Source: Toensbergia leucococca (taxonomy: Eukaryota). From it: DNA of 44,642 bases. The DNA lies in NCBI GenBank assembly GCA_022813965.1, contig JALDZS010000188.1, positions 1-44,642 on the forward strand, read 5' to 3'. A program made the position numbers and the translations under genes. Positions 11,382 to 23,296 of the stretch are shown piece after piece; position 1 is the first letter of the stretch, and each line of letters opens with the position of its first letter. Below the pieces are notes generated by a model that saw nothing but the letters and a program-made list of their open reading frames with translations, ran no database searches and had not been told where the DNA came from.

Positions 11382-14069
11382 CTACCAATATCGATTAGAT
11401 TTATTCGCTAGCGGGGAACTAGGAGCTGCAAAGCCTGCTCTTGCTGGCTCTCGTACCCGGCCAGCTCGAACATTAGGTGTCAAGCCAGTGCAAAAGACAC
11501 ATAGGTATACCTTTGGGAGTCGTTGGCGATTAAGGCCCACGCACTTGATGTGCAACCACTTCTTGCAAGACTCGCTATTCGTGCGTTAGCTATCATTATT
11601 ACCTCGGCTATGATGGGGTACATACCAAAGGATCATATACTGCCCGTCACTATCAGGCACGTGACATACGCATCGGGTGCTGTCGGAGATCTGGCTCTCT
11701 CGATCAGTACTTGGGGTCGTCAAGTCGGGATCAGTGATTGTGGTTGGAGAGGTATTTGGAAAAGCGTCATGAAGTCGCCCATGGTCCGGTGTTGTATCGC
11801 CATTGAAGCCATATGAATGACTTTGGGTATGTTGAGGATGGAATGCATGCCGCTGAGCCGAATGAGTGGACTTCGGTTCTGAACGTGCCGGATGTGCCAC
11901 AGCCTTTCCTTGCCCTCGATGATTGAGGATTTTCTTCAATTCGGATTGTGCATCTCCTCTGCCGTCATTTGTACCCATCAAGGCTTCTGTCCCACTATCC
12001 AATTCACTCTCTGTGCTGACTGCAGCCTTGTCAAAAGCAATAGCCTGACGTCGCTCTGGAGCTCGTGTGTCAAGTGACAAACGTGATAATCTCAGAGCTT
12101 TAGCATGCTCCGAACCCGGTATGCTGTTCGAAGTGCAACTTGAGTCGAACGTAGAGGCGTATGAAGACCTTTGAGAGTGTGATTTTGATTCCGTGGTAAA
12201 ACGTCCTAATTTGGGCTGCTTCATCTTTGGAACCAGAAGAGTGACGGGTTGAGGACGACAGTCACCAATACTCGATTTTTCACGATTAACAGACATGTCA
12301 CTCGCACTGTCTCCTGACTCACTATCGACGTCCATTTCATAATTCGATACCTCAGCCCTATCGACCACGGTCCTTGTCTCTGTTTTGGCTCTCCCACAGG
12401 CGTCAATAGTCAACGTGACAGCAGTGCGCTTCTGTGAACAACAAATGCTATCTTCTAGATTAAGACTATTCTGGAGTTGAGATTTCTTGTCCGGCCCTCC
12501 CTTTTTAAGCCGAGCCTTCCCAGCCCGCGTGGATACCGCGTTGCCTTTTCGATTTGGATCATCTGAATTTTGGGTCATGATGCTTTCCGTCACGCTTCTC
12601 TGGGTTCTCGGTCGGTCCTCTCCGTCCTCACGTAGTGTTTGCAAGGCAGCCTTGACTGCTGGCGAGTCGGTTTCTGGGCCCCGTATTTTCTTGAGCTTAT
12701 GGTTCAACTTCAGGTCTCGCTCAATCCGAGCGTCTCGAATTTGATGTGCATACGGCTGGAGAGTGTCTTCATCGAGGTTTTGGGAAGATGATGCCGCAAT
12801 AGAGGAGTCAAACAACCGACCTGGCGAGCTGAAAAGTAGGCTTGGATTTACGGCATTGGTAGTGTGCTTAGCTCGAGAAAAGCCTTTAGTGTTCGATCTA
12901 GAAGGAGGTAAGGAGCTGGCCTGATTTGGTGCAAGAATACTAGTCGATGAGGTCAAAGGTGTATCGCCACCATTCGTATTAAAGCCATTGAATAATGAAG
13001 TGATTGGCAATTGTGGCAGTGATGAGTTCTCTTCGAACGATAGAAATGGATCCTGTGCCTTCTGTGCCCCTGTGCCAAAGGAGTACGTATCTTCGTTGGG
13101 AAAATCGATACTCATTTCATCAGTAGCTTGATTCGGATCCCAGAATAGCTTATGTTGTGGATATGTTGGTGCAGTAGCAGGACCGGACATGGGAAATCCA
13201 AATACATCTGGGGAGAATTGGAGGCTAGGGAATTGTTGTGGGGACTCTTCAGCACGGGCATTTGTGATTTCGACATGATTTGGGTTTGCAAAGGCAGGTG
13301 ATGACATTCGTCTTCCACTAGCTGCAGACTGTTGCACAAGCTTAGCTACCTGAGCCTGTTGTGCTTTACGTCTTGAAGCGGAAGTGCTTGTCGGAGGTGG
13401 AGTTTGCATAGAACTTGCCGACCGCATAGCCAAATCAGTGTCTAGATCCAAATCACGGTCTGAAGCTGTAGGGCATCGGCGTTTTGCCGATGACGTTGAT
13501 GAGGGATTTGGAGAGGACGACAACTGGCGTGAAGGCTCTACTGGCGGTAAGGCTAGATTTGGATTCGGCGAGAGATGATGTACATGAGAGGCTATCTCGG
13601 TCTCAAGATTCTGCCCCGACAGGGGCCTTTTCTGTGCCGATGAGATTGGGGGACACTTCGTTGGGGTGATGAGGGTGAAGTTTCTTGGTGTCTTGAGGAG
13701 GTTAGGAGTTCTAACATTTGGATCCGGTGTACTCCAGAAATCATAAAAACTGGACTCGGCTCTAGGAGTTTGGAAAGAGGATTGGGCAAAGGAGGCGCTT
13801 GTTGGTGTTTTAGTTGGTGTGGGGGGTTGTCCGCTGGGATAGCTGAAGCTGAATGCAAAACTTATGTCAGTACGCTTATACCTGTTTTGGCACGTAAGGA
13901 ATTCATTTTGTTTTGATACGAAGTGCACCAAAAGATCAAAGCAAACCCAGAATTGGGGAGTGGACAGGGCATACTGAGGCAGCCTCAAAAAGAAAAAACA
14001 GCCTCTACTTTATGCTTCTGGGACAGGCAACGAGATCTCATACCTATAGATAGGTTCTTCCCAACTCAT
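11382..14069 (-). CDS. PHD-finger protein with a long disordered Ser/Pro/Thr-rich body, 3 exons (14069-14044, 13848-11626, 11574-11382)
   Basis: Removing intron 11625-11575 (GTATGT..GCTAAC..TAG) completes a C4HC3 PHD: TRCVC..MILCESCKKWLHIKC..YLCVFC. The short first exon MSWEEPIY joins in frame via intron 14043-13849 (GTATGA..CTGAC..CAG). Confidence 0.85.
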
Positions 14070-15607
14070 AGCCAAGTTCAAGAGCTATCCAAGTCCGGAT
14101 CCCAACCACAGCCGTTGTAATTGATTTGATAGCAACCAATACCCAACCTTTGGAGGCAGACAGCCAACCACTTTTGCTTAGGGTTCCCAAAGTGTGGCAA
14201 GCTTACCAAGTGCCCAGGAGACTTTGTTCGTCCCTTGAATGGTTGATGGTAACAATTGTAAGGGCAGGTCCAAAGAGTGAGTCGGCAGTAATCAGTAGGT
14301 ATAAGAACTTGTGGGGTAGATGCCGAAGGGCTGAAGATAGGGCTGTAGGGAAAGAGGTGGAAAGTTTGAATAGTGTCTCATATATTGTCCGAGAAGGCTG
14401 TGGATGAGCAGAGGTAAATCAGTAGTCAGTACTCCGTAAAGGTCGAGGATGACAGGACACAGCTTACAGAAAGAAAATTTTCGATGGGGATGATGTCGTG
14501 ACATTCTCTTTTGGATTAGCAAGGAAAAAGCACAAGAGTTGCAGTGCAATTTCGGGCTTCAGCCTCCTGCATGAGGTGGGGAGTCCGAGAGTGTAGGAAG
14601 ATAAAGGCTCATTCCAAGCAGACTTAGCATACGGCGGCTGATGAGTGGGCCAAAGACGGCTGGTAGTTCGGACGCATATAGAAAGTCAACTTCACCCCCT
14701 GAGCCAGGCACAATGGAAATGATGGCTTCCCAATTACAAAGCTTGCTTCCAGAGCAGTTAATGGAAAGCATGGCAAGGGTGTTAGTCAAGGTACGACCAG
14801 GAAGCCGTCGACGGAATCATGGATTTCCACGGTAGCGAAAAAAGACGGAAAAAGACGAAGGCGGGGCTCTCTCAATTCTCATTTCCGTCTAGCCCCTACG
14901 GCTTATTCTACTCTATTCTACGATCACGATGGATCATGGATGCATCATGTTCATGCACGGCCGAATCCTCAAGATGCTATCTGTGTGATCTGTGACACTC
15001 GAGGGACTCGATCTCGTCTCTACCATGCCTGCCAATTCAGATGTGTCACCCAATTCTCCAAGCAAATAGGGCTGCAATGCAAATAAGGCCGCATCAATCG
15101 TTGGTCCGGCAAATTTCCATTGCCCCTCGTATGTCTCGCGGTTAGGTAGGCAGGAGGTAGGCATATGTGGTCAGCCAATGATTATGCAAAGATGGCTTGC
15201 TTTACAGACAGCTTACCAAGAGCCGCTGTAACCACTAGAAACTGTTGCTCCTGAGTCCTGAGCTGTGTGACTCTGACGCTAATTTGGGACCAGCCTTCCG
15301 TCGGCTTCTCATCAGATCGATCTGCACAAGCATCGAAGCGAAAGCCTTTTCCGCTTTCAGCAAAGGCCCCGCCAAATGTGGTAATAAATCCGCGAGTACA
15401 ACATTCAGCACGACAGTCATTGTGTAGATCTATTGTGCGAGTATATGATAAAAATTTGAGCAGCTGGTCGTATTATCGTTTTTGGGAATTGATGTGATCG
15501 CTACTTTCCACATGACCTTGAGAATGTTTCATTGATTTGGATATTTACCTGGAGTGAAAAGCAGGAGGATCGTTATGCTGCCCATTGTTGTACGAGTATG
15601 ACATTTG

Positions 15608-17935
15608 TCATGGCCCGTTAAGAATCTTTTGACTCCCAGTACCATACCATGCAATTTTGTTACTACTAATAATTTCTTTCTCCTCTTTTCCAATGAGAAT
15701 GTAATTCTTGATCAGTGCAGTATTGTTCTTCACCAAAGCATACTGCTCTTCGGTACAAGTAGAAGGTCCTAAAATGTAGCACTCCGGATTGGGAGCTGGA
15801 AGCACCTCGTTCTTGATCTGAAACGTAGAGGAAGGCCCAAAGGTGGTGTAGTCATCCACCAGATCAATAAGTCCCGTAGCAATGTCTTTATTAAATATAG
15901 CCCGCATGAAGATCTCATATGCTGTCTCTGGCTGATATGAAGGCACTGATTGAATTATCATGAGCTCTGTGTTCACACAAAGAACAAGTTACTATAATCT
16001 GCTAAGACTCACCTTCGTGACCGGCCTGATATACTCGAGAAAATGATAAATTGCCGTATTGACGGACCTGCCCTCCAACATGAGAAGCGTTCGTGTGAAT
16101 GGGTGCGTAACCTGCATTCCGGAAGTCGATACTGGATGTGTAGTTTATGTGTAGAGAAGCTTGTTCACCTCCGAGCCAATTACATGCGTAGTCGCGGTCA
16201 CCATACATAAGGGCAATCTTTATTCCCTTTTCCAATATATAGGTGACATCAGGAAGAATATCCCCATGAACATAATCACCTGTAGAACTGAATTTATTGT
16301 TGACGACTTTGGCGACGAAGGTATGATTAATGGGTACACCCAGAGCTCGTTGAACCCACTGTTGATTCAAAAATCCTGAACTTCAAGCCTTAGTAATTGC
16401 CTTTCCAAAGATTCGAATTTTGGCTACCAACCTAAATAATATGAGGCAGGAAAGGGGTCGTTTAAAGGATGGGTAATATCCAGCCAGCCACGCTATGTGT
16501 CGATTTAGTTTACTGACGCATTTTTGCGCACACGTACTTACGTTAGCACTCTCTAGATAGGGCGTCGTGAGGACGCTTTCGCCATATTCATCAGCTGCTT
16601 GACACACAGCGTTCACCTTCTCATTATCGCCAAAATTGTTTGGATCGCCTTTAGCAATGAGTTGTCGGCATTCAATAATCTTCTCCCTAATCCCTCCCAC
16701 CTTCCCCCACTCACGAATCCCATGCCCGTAGGTAGATTGATTGATCGCTTTAATTCCATAGGTATTGTTGTAAGCATATTCCATATACATGCTGTCCTGA
16801 ATGAGATTATCGAGGATCCCGTTAATGATACCGAGAGTATCCAGATGAATGTAATGAGCCCCTGGACTATTGATCGTACCATTTGCAATCTTCTCATTCT
16901 GCTTTTCAAAGAAGGTAGTAAACGCAGGGCCATACCTCCCTCCATAAGATTCTGTCCAGATGCTAATTTTCCCATCATGGGGTTTATAGTAAGGGAACTC
17001 TTCAAACCATGTTTGCGCAAAGTGCCAAAGCGCGTGTGCTGCATGAAATGTAGAGTTGGCGGTAAAACTTGAATTCTGGCTGGGGAATGTACCAACGAAG
17101 AGTGTATTGTTTGACTCGGGAACATAGTCAGAAAAGTCGGCAATCGTAATGTTTCCAGAAATCTGATCCAATGTGCCATTGGTGGGTGTATCGTACGAGT
17201 ATCCCACTTGTACAGGCTGGTCAATGTAGAGCATGTTCACCTCATTGTTCCAGGAGTAAGAGTTAAGATAAGTACTGTTTGAGTCGTTCCCAACATAACA
17301 GGGGCCATTTTCTTGAAACAGGCCCAGCATTGACGAGGCACCAGGACCTCCATTCATCCATATAGAAAGGGGTGCGTTGGTAGCATTTTCACGAGCCTCA
17401 AAGAACCAAAAGAAGCTAGAGGATAATTAGTCCATTGATTTGCATACGCAGAGGTGCTAATCACGTATTGATGGGATAATTCTGTGACTCTCCAGCTTCA
17501 CTCAATGAGCCTGGGGGGAGATGTACATAGCCACTGTATGATCTAACCCCACGGGTAGTCTCACATATTCCAGGCTACAAGCTTGCACCCATCAGTAAAT
17601 TGTTTGAGATGTTTGAATCGGCAGAGCAATATTGGAATGGAGGGCCGTGGAGACTTCATCTCCTGAATATCAATCATAAGATATGATTTGAAGGGACGAA
17701 GCGTTCTCAGAGCAGCTGACAGGGAAAGGAATCCAACGGGGTTCCCATTTCCCAGTACTGCGGCAGACAATAGCATCTCGTTGCTTACTTCTTTAAAGGA
17801 TATGGTTATGCCCTCGTGGAACCGCGATTGCAATGTAGTGGTGTTCTCGGGTTTTGGAGGAAATTGTGAGAAGGCAAAATTAAGCAGAAGGGCGTGAACG
17901 ATAAAGCTTAGCAAGATAGGCATCACGTAAGGCAT
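15608..17935 (-). CDS. Secreted serine carboxypeptidase, peptidase family S10 (carboxypeptidase S1/CPY-like), 6 exons
   Basis: Signal peptide, [21 protein letters not shown], catalytic Ser in ESYGG, Asp in GDRDYAC and His in QAGHE. Introns with GT..AG ends link the ORF pieces in frame. Confidence 0.93.
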
Positions 17936-18606
17936 TATGCTCGTATCTACACTGACTAGGCAAGTAAGTATAAGAACGAGTAAAGGAGCTACCTACTCAT
18001 AGTTCCGAGATGAGGGAGATAGAAGCTTAAGACGAGCGATACAACTAAAGAGTACAACGACTTGGAATGTCAGATACAACTAGAAAGCTACGATGTGCGT
18101 TATGGCATTAGCTTACGTCGAGAGATACTTAATTGTACGGCACAGAGATGGCGTTTTTACGCCAAGAGCGGAAAGAAGACCAGTCGGAACAACGTGGCCG
18201 CCGCCGCCAACTTTGGATGATTGCCTGGAAGTAACGGCGTGATTTCCAACGCAATAGGTAGCTATGCCTGTACATGTGAGGACAAACGATATTCATTAAC
18301 CATGTGCCACATCGCGTTTTCTCTGGAGCTTTCAATTAACACTGACGCCTGTCTCATCCTAGGCACATGTAAAAGATCCGCTACACCTCCAAATGTGAGA
18401 GTGTGATTCTGATTTACCACCCAGGCGGTGAGTTTCAAAACCCTCGTCATCTCATTTGACCATCTCGCTGACAGTGAAATAAAGCGCAAAGACATCACGA
18501 ACATTCCGATCTCGACAGCTTCTGAGAAGCGTATGCCTCAGCTATTTATCTAAACACCTACCGATATTTCTTTCCAAGAAAGCAGATCTTGAGTCAGTCA
18601 CACAGC

Positions 18607-19653
18607 ATGAATGGTGTGAGGATACGGAAGCAGAAGGGAGAGGCATCGAAGAAAGACCAGAAACTCATGAGCAATGGCCATGCGAATATGCATGGGCAGC
18701 CAGCACCTGAAAAGGGCTTAAGCTCAAGAACAGAATCCTCAGAAAACATCTTCCTGTTCTACCCGAACATCATTGGTGTGTGCCACCAACTTCTATACTT
18801 TTCCGATGCTTCGCAGCTGAAGCTTTACTGATATAACTTATCAGGCTATTCACGCATATTCCTCGCTCTTGCCTCCCTCTACTACATGCCTCTACATCCC
18901 CGAACATGTTCTATCCTCTATAGCGTGTCGTGTCTCCTGGATGCTTTGGATGGTGTAGCAGCTCGGTATTTCGAGCAGTCTACGCGCTTTGGAGCAGTAT
19001 TAGATATGGTAACAGATCGTTGTACAACAGCTTGCCTACTGGTATTCCTTAGTTCGGCATGGCCACGGTGGGCTTTATTGTTCCAGGCACTCATCAGCCT
19101 AGATCTAGCAAGCCACTATATGCATATGTACACAACTTTGACAATGGCCGGAACGGGACAGAGCCATAAGCAGGTGGACCAAAGTCGGAGCAAAATCCTG
19201 CATCTGTACTACACCAATAAGGTGAGTGCTCTCCGATAGGCTGATTTTTCTTAGCTAACTAATCATCCCTAGAACGTTCTCTTCGCCTTCTGCGCTCTTA
19301 ATGAGCTATTCTTCATCGCACTCTACCTCCTCTCGTTTTCCTCTCCCATGCTCTCACCATCTCTGCTTCCTTCCGGCCCAAACATGAGTGGACAATTTGC
19401 TCAGCCCGGCTCTCCAGCACACCCTAGCCCGTCCATGCTCTTCGCCAGCCCCTACAGCGCCGGAGCATTAGAACTCGCTCGGGCAAATAAAATGGATAGC
19501 TTCTGGCCATGGGTTATCGCTGGAGTGTCGGCACCAATCATGGCGGGAAAACAATTCATTAATGTGGTGCAACTTGTGAAAGCAAGCAGGTGGCTAGCTG
19601 AGGGCGATATTGAGATGCGGAAGAAGCAAGGGCTACCTCGGAATACGAAATGA
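18607..19653 (+). CDS. PIS1: CDP-diacylglycerol--inositol 3-phosphatidyltransferase (PI synthase), 3 exons (18607-~18775, ~18846-19221, 19273-19653)
   Basis: NIFLFYPNIIGYSR start, the CDP-alcohol phosphotransferase motif DALDGVAAR..STRFGAVLDMVTDR, LDLASHYMHMY, and KQFINVVQLVKAS. Confidence 0.95.
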
Positions 19654-19987
19654 AATCTGCTTCCATGTATCAATTGCTGTACTAGAGAAGGTTCATCTTT
19701 TTCGATCTACCATTCTACACGTGGTTTTTGCTTAAAGCGTATGGCGCTTGGGAGCAGGATTCACCATTGATATAGACTCGTTTGGTCTGGCAGATAGACA
19801 AGTAATGTAACATGATTTCAGCCGTAATTGCCTCCAAATCTTTTCGCGGTGCGAGTGTCGGGCCAAGGGTTGAAGTCTCGAAGCGGGTTTTGAAAGCCTC
19901 GGTGCCCCCCGCAGACGAAAACGGCCAAACCTTCGTCCTTACGGCGGGGGAACCATTCATACCCACCATCAGAGTGATGGCCAAGCC

Positions 19988-21682
19988 ATGTGTAATAGGA
20001 CGCCGAGCAAAACGCTCTTCACCATCGCTGGAGGCTTTACATTCTCCTCAGATCCTCCTCGCCGAACCTTCCACAATTATTTCGTGACCCACCTCCCTAC
20101 CTCCTCCCTCCATCCAGACTCCCACTCTGCCAGTGGTCCCGGCCATGGCCTTCCTCGTTCAGCCTCAAAGCCCCACACGCCCAGCTCTTCCAAAAGCCCC
20201 TCCCCCGCCCCTCTTGTTGGCGTCACCAGAGACACAACTGTCGTCCGCATCCCCATCCGCAGTGCGAAGCACCATTTCGGCGTGTCAGTCTCCCGCGGCA
20301 CACGCCCCTACAACGAAGACTCCTACCAAGCTGGTGTGATCGAATTGCCAGCTTTTGCAAAGCGGGCCCCGCTCAATTTGACCAGCAGAGCGCCGGCGAG
20401 TAGTCCACTGCAGGCTTACAGGGCGGACCAGAGGAAGAAGTTGGAGGAGCAGCAAGCTAAAGGCGGAGGAGATGGGGAAGGAACTTCTGCGGAGAGCGCG
20501 AGTGGGGATCCGCAGGTTTTCTACTTTGGTGTGTTTGATGGGCATGGGGGAGCGGAGTGCAGTGACTTTTTGAAGGAGAGGCTACATAATTACATTGAGG
20601 ATGCAGCGGAGGTATATGGTCTGGAATCGACGCTGAAAGCGAAAGCAAAAATAGAAAATAAGCCAGTGACTGGGGGAGAGGCGCCATCATCATCCGCCGG
20701 CCAAGAGAAAGACAAAGTCGACAACCCCGAGAAGCCGCAAGAGAACGCAGCCAATATCCCTGCAAATCTAGCCACCTCCCCTTACACAAGGCTCCAATCC
20801 ACCCTCCTCTCCCGCTGGGCCGACCAAGTAGGCGGTTACTTCTCGCGCTTCCACCCCCCAGCCTTCACGCCCCCAACCCCGCCATCCCCCCCAACAGCGT
20901 CAACAGTCCTGACTCACGCCTTCCTAAACGCCGACCTCGACTTCATCCTCGCCCAATCCCGCAAACGAATCTCTGCTAACGACGACGCCCCGCTAAACGC
21001 ATCCGACATCCTCCACTCGCCCTCCATCGGCGGCCCCCTCCGCTTCGCCGGCGGCTCCACCTGCTCCCTCGCTCTCATCTCCACTCCCACCCCAACCCCC
21101 TTCTGGCACCCTTCCTCGCCCTCAACCCTCCTCATCGCCCACGTCGGTGACACCCGCATCCTCCTCTGCCGCACCGCCGACGGCAAAGCCTGCCCCCAGA
21201 CAACAGACCACCACCCATCCTCGCCCGGCGAAGCCTCACGCCTGCGCCGCTCGCCCGCTGCCCAGTTCGTGACGGACTCGTTTGGCGAAGAGCGCATGAG
21301 CGGGCTAGCCAACACGCGCGCCTTCGGCGACATGCAGTCGAAGCGGCTCGGGGTGTCGGCGGAGCCGGAACTACGCCGGGTGGAGGTTGCGCCCGCCGAG
21401 TATGCATTTATGGTGCTAGTGAGCGATGGGGTCAGTGGGACGGTGGGGGATCAGGAGATTGTGGATTTGGTCAAGGAGGCCAAGACGCCGGAGCAGGGGG
21501 CCAAGGATGTGGTGGGGTATGCGACCGAGGTGAGTCGGGAGGGAGATAATTGTACTTGTCTTGTTGTGAGGATGGGGGGTTGGGAGAGGAGGAGTGAGGG
21601 TGGTGGGGGGGGGATGGGGACGAGGGAGGCGAGGGAGTGGAGGAGGAAGGAGGCGGCTGATCCGAGGTCTAGGATTAGTTAG
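19988..21682 (+). CDS. PTC6: PP2C/PPM protein phosphatase, Ptc6 (Aup1)-like, probably mitochondrial
   Basis: PPM motifs RPYNED, FGVFDGHGG, GGST, AHVGDTR, LANTRAFGD, LVSDGV and DNCT. The N-terminal FHNYFVTHLP segment is recalled from Pezizomycotina Ptc6 orthologues. The exact start codon is uncertain. Confidence 0.85.
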   Translation: MCNRTPSKTLFTIAGGFTFSSDPPRRTFHNYFVTHLPTSSLHPDSHSASGPGHGLPRSASKPHTPSSSKSPSPAPLVGVTRDTTVVRIPIRSAKHHFGVSVSRGTRPYNEDSYQAGVIELPAFAKRAPLNLTSRAPASSPLQAYRADQRKKLEEQQAKGGGDGEGTSAESASGDPQVFYFGVFDGHGGAECSDFLKERLHNYIEDAAEVYGLESTLKAKAKIENKPVTGGEAPSSSAGQEKDKVDNPEKPQENAANIPANLATSPYTRLQSTLLSRWADQVGGYFSRFHPPAFTPPTPPSPPTASTVLTHAFLNADLDFILAQSRKRISANDDAPLNASDILHSPSIGGPLRFAGGSTCSLALISTPTPTPFWHPSSPSTLLIAHVGDTRILLCRTADGKACPQTTDHHPSSPGEASRLRRSPAAQFVTDSFGEERMSGLANTRAFGDMQSKRLGVSAEPELRRVEVAPAEYAFMVLVSDGVSGTVGDQEIVDLVKEAKTPEQGAKDVVGYATEVSREGDNCTCLVVRMGGWERRSEGGGGGMGTREAREWRRKEAADPRSRIS

Positions 21683-23296
21683 TTGATTGGTTTGATGGCG
21701 TGGTTTTGTCCGTCTTGTTCAAGACTCTAATGGTATATATGACCTTGACTAGCTTGTCAAGACATAGGGTCTTCTAAATCGATATCTTTTTTTTTTTTTT
21801 GTTTTTCAGACCGAGGGTGTTTTTTTGGGGTTGGGTCTGGGGTATTTATGGGAGAGGTTATCTGTCCTAGGTACTTATGGGGGATTCTTCTTCCCAAGGT
21901 TACTTGTGGCCGGTGAGAGAAGTTTCGGGTTTTCATACATATTCCCACCTTTCCCCCCCTTTTCCATGAAAAGGGGAATAGAAGCATCTTCTTGTCAGCG
22001 GTATTACCAGGGCTTGTAGTCCCAGACGACGACAACTGTGTGTCTTTGTCAGGGGCGATAGATACATATGGAGGGATGTTAAGGTGGGTGGGTGGGTGGG
22101 GGTTATGTTGTCCGTGAGATTTACGAGGACATACAAATGGTGAAATTTGCTCAATTGAATTTTTCTAAAATGATCAATGTCTGCGAGTCTATAGGCCTTC
22201 TGCCTGAGGCAACGGCCTCGCTGGGGTAGAAGACTCCAAATCTTACATGACAGATTTAAGTTGATTCTTTCTTTTTCGTAAGATGTTGTTGCTGTTTTTT
22301 TTGGATGCTGGAAGTCTGTGACAGGGGGCACGAGATATTCTATGGAGTAAAGAAGAGCTTTTTTTTATTGCAATTCTAAGCATACAAGTTGGTTTTTCTA
22401 TTCTGTGTTGGGCAGCACGAAGCAAAGTACAGGGGGAGTGAAAGTCGCCATGGTGCTGTGTGTGCGCGCTCGGGCAAATTAAAGAGCCTGTGAAAAAAAA
22501 AAAAGGTGCTGGGAATTTCCGGCTTGGAAACCGAGAACATTATGGGGCAGGGGAATTGAGGTGTATGACAGAGGGGAGAATTAAGGAAGAATAAAAATTC
22601 GCACCGTGTACATAGGTAGGCAGTCATCGTGTAGCTTTCCCCAAAAGAAGGGTTTCGCCAGTACTTTTCCTGAAAAGAAAATCCAGTCGTAACCATTCCG
22701 TCCCCCCCCCTTTGATTAGCAGTATCCAACCCCCCTTACCCCCTCCAACACCGAAAAAGCCGACAGATGTGTAAAGGAATGATCTATACCATGAGCAAAA
22801 TGTGTCCTCACACCGCTTTTTGATTTAGGTCAGAACACTTGCTAGTTGAGCACAAAAGTTGGTTAAGTCCAAACCCTATCCCAGAGAATGTACGTATTGT
22901 TCGCAAGCAACGTGGGCGAGATGCGGGAAATTAACCAGGTTTAAGTAGTCGGAGACGTATTATGTGGTGATTCCGAAGATAACAGAAACCCACAGGAAAA
23001 AAAGGACACTATTGTTGAAAGGAGATAATTTTGTAGCCGAGAAAAGCTAGATGAGAGAGACTTTAGTATGCGAGTCTGGTGGAAAGAAGTGAGGATGGCT
23101 TGCCTGATACTCCAACGGGGGTTAGAAACGATGGCAAGACAGTGGAAGTTTGAGTGCGAGCTAGTAGAGAGCTGGCTACTACCAATCGGCGGTCCACCCA
23201 ACTCAGCTCCACTAGAGAGAGAGATGGCTATTAGTATCGAGCTTGAAGGGATGAGAAGAGAAGCAAGCATAGCATCCGAAAAGCCAAACATACCAT

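Noticed and set aside
8411..13858. Numerous 60-120 aa ORFs overlapping the hydrolase and PHD genes (likewise within PTC6, RBM39 and URA3)
   Set aside because: They are antisense or alternate-frame shadows of well-supported coding sequences.
14934..15500. Possible small minus-strand gene between the carboxypeptidase and PHD genes
   Set aside because: An in-frame stop precedes the GTAAGC donor, there is no convincing acceptor and no recognisable motif.
19812..19987. Upstream ATG at 19812 as a first exon of PTC6
   Set aside because: I could not find a donor in the correct phase for the AATAG acceptor near 19998, so ATG 19988 is kept.
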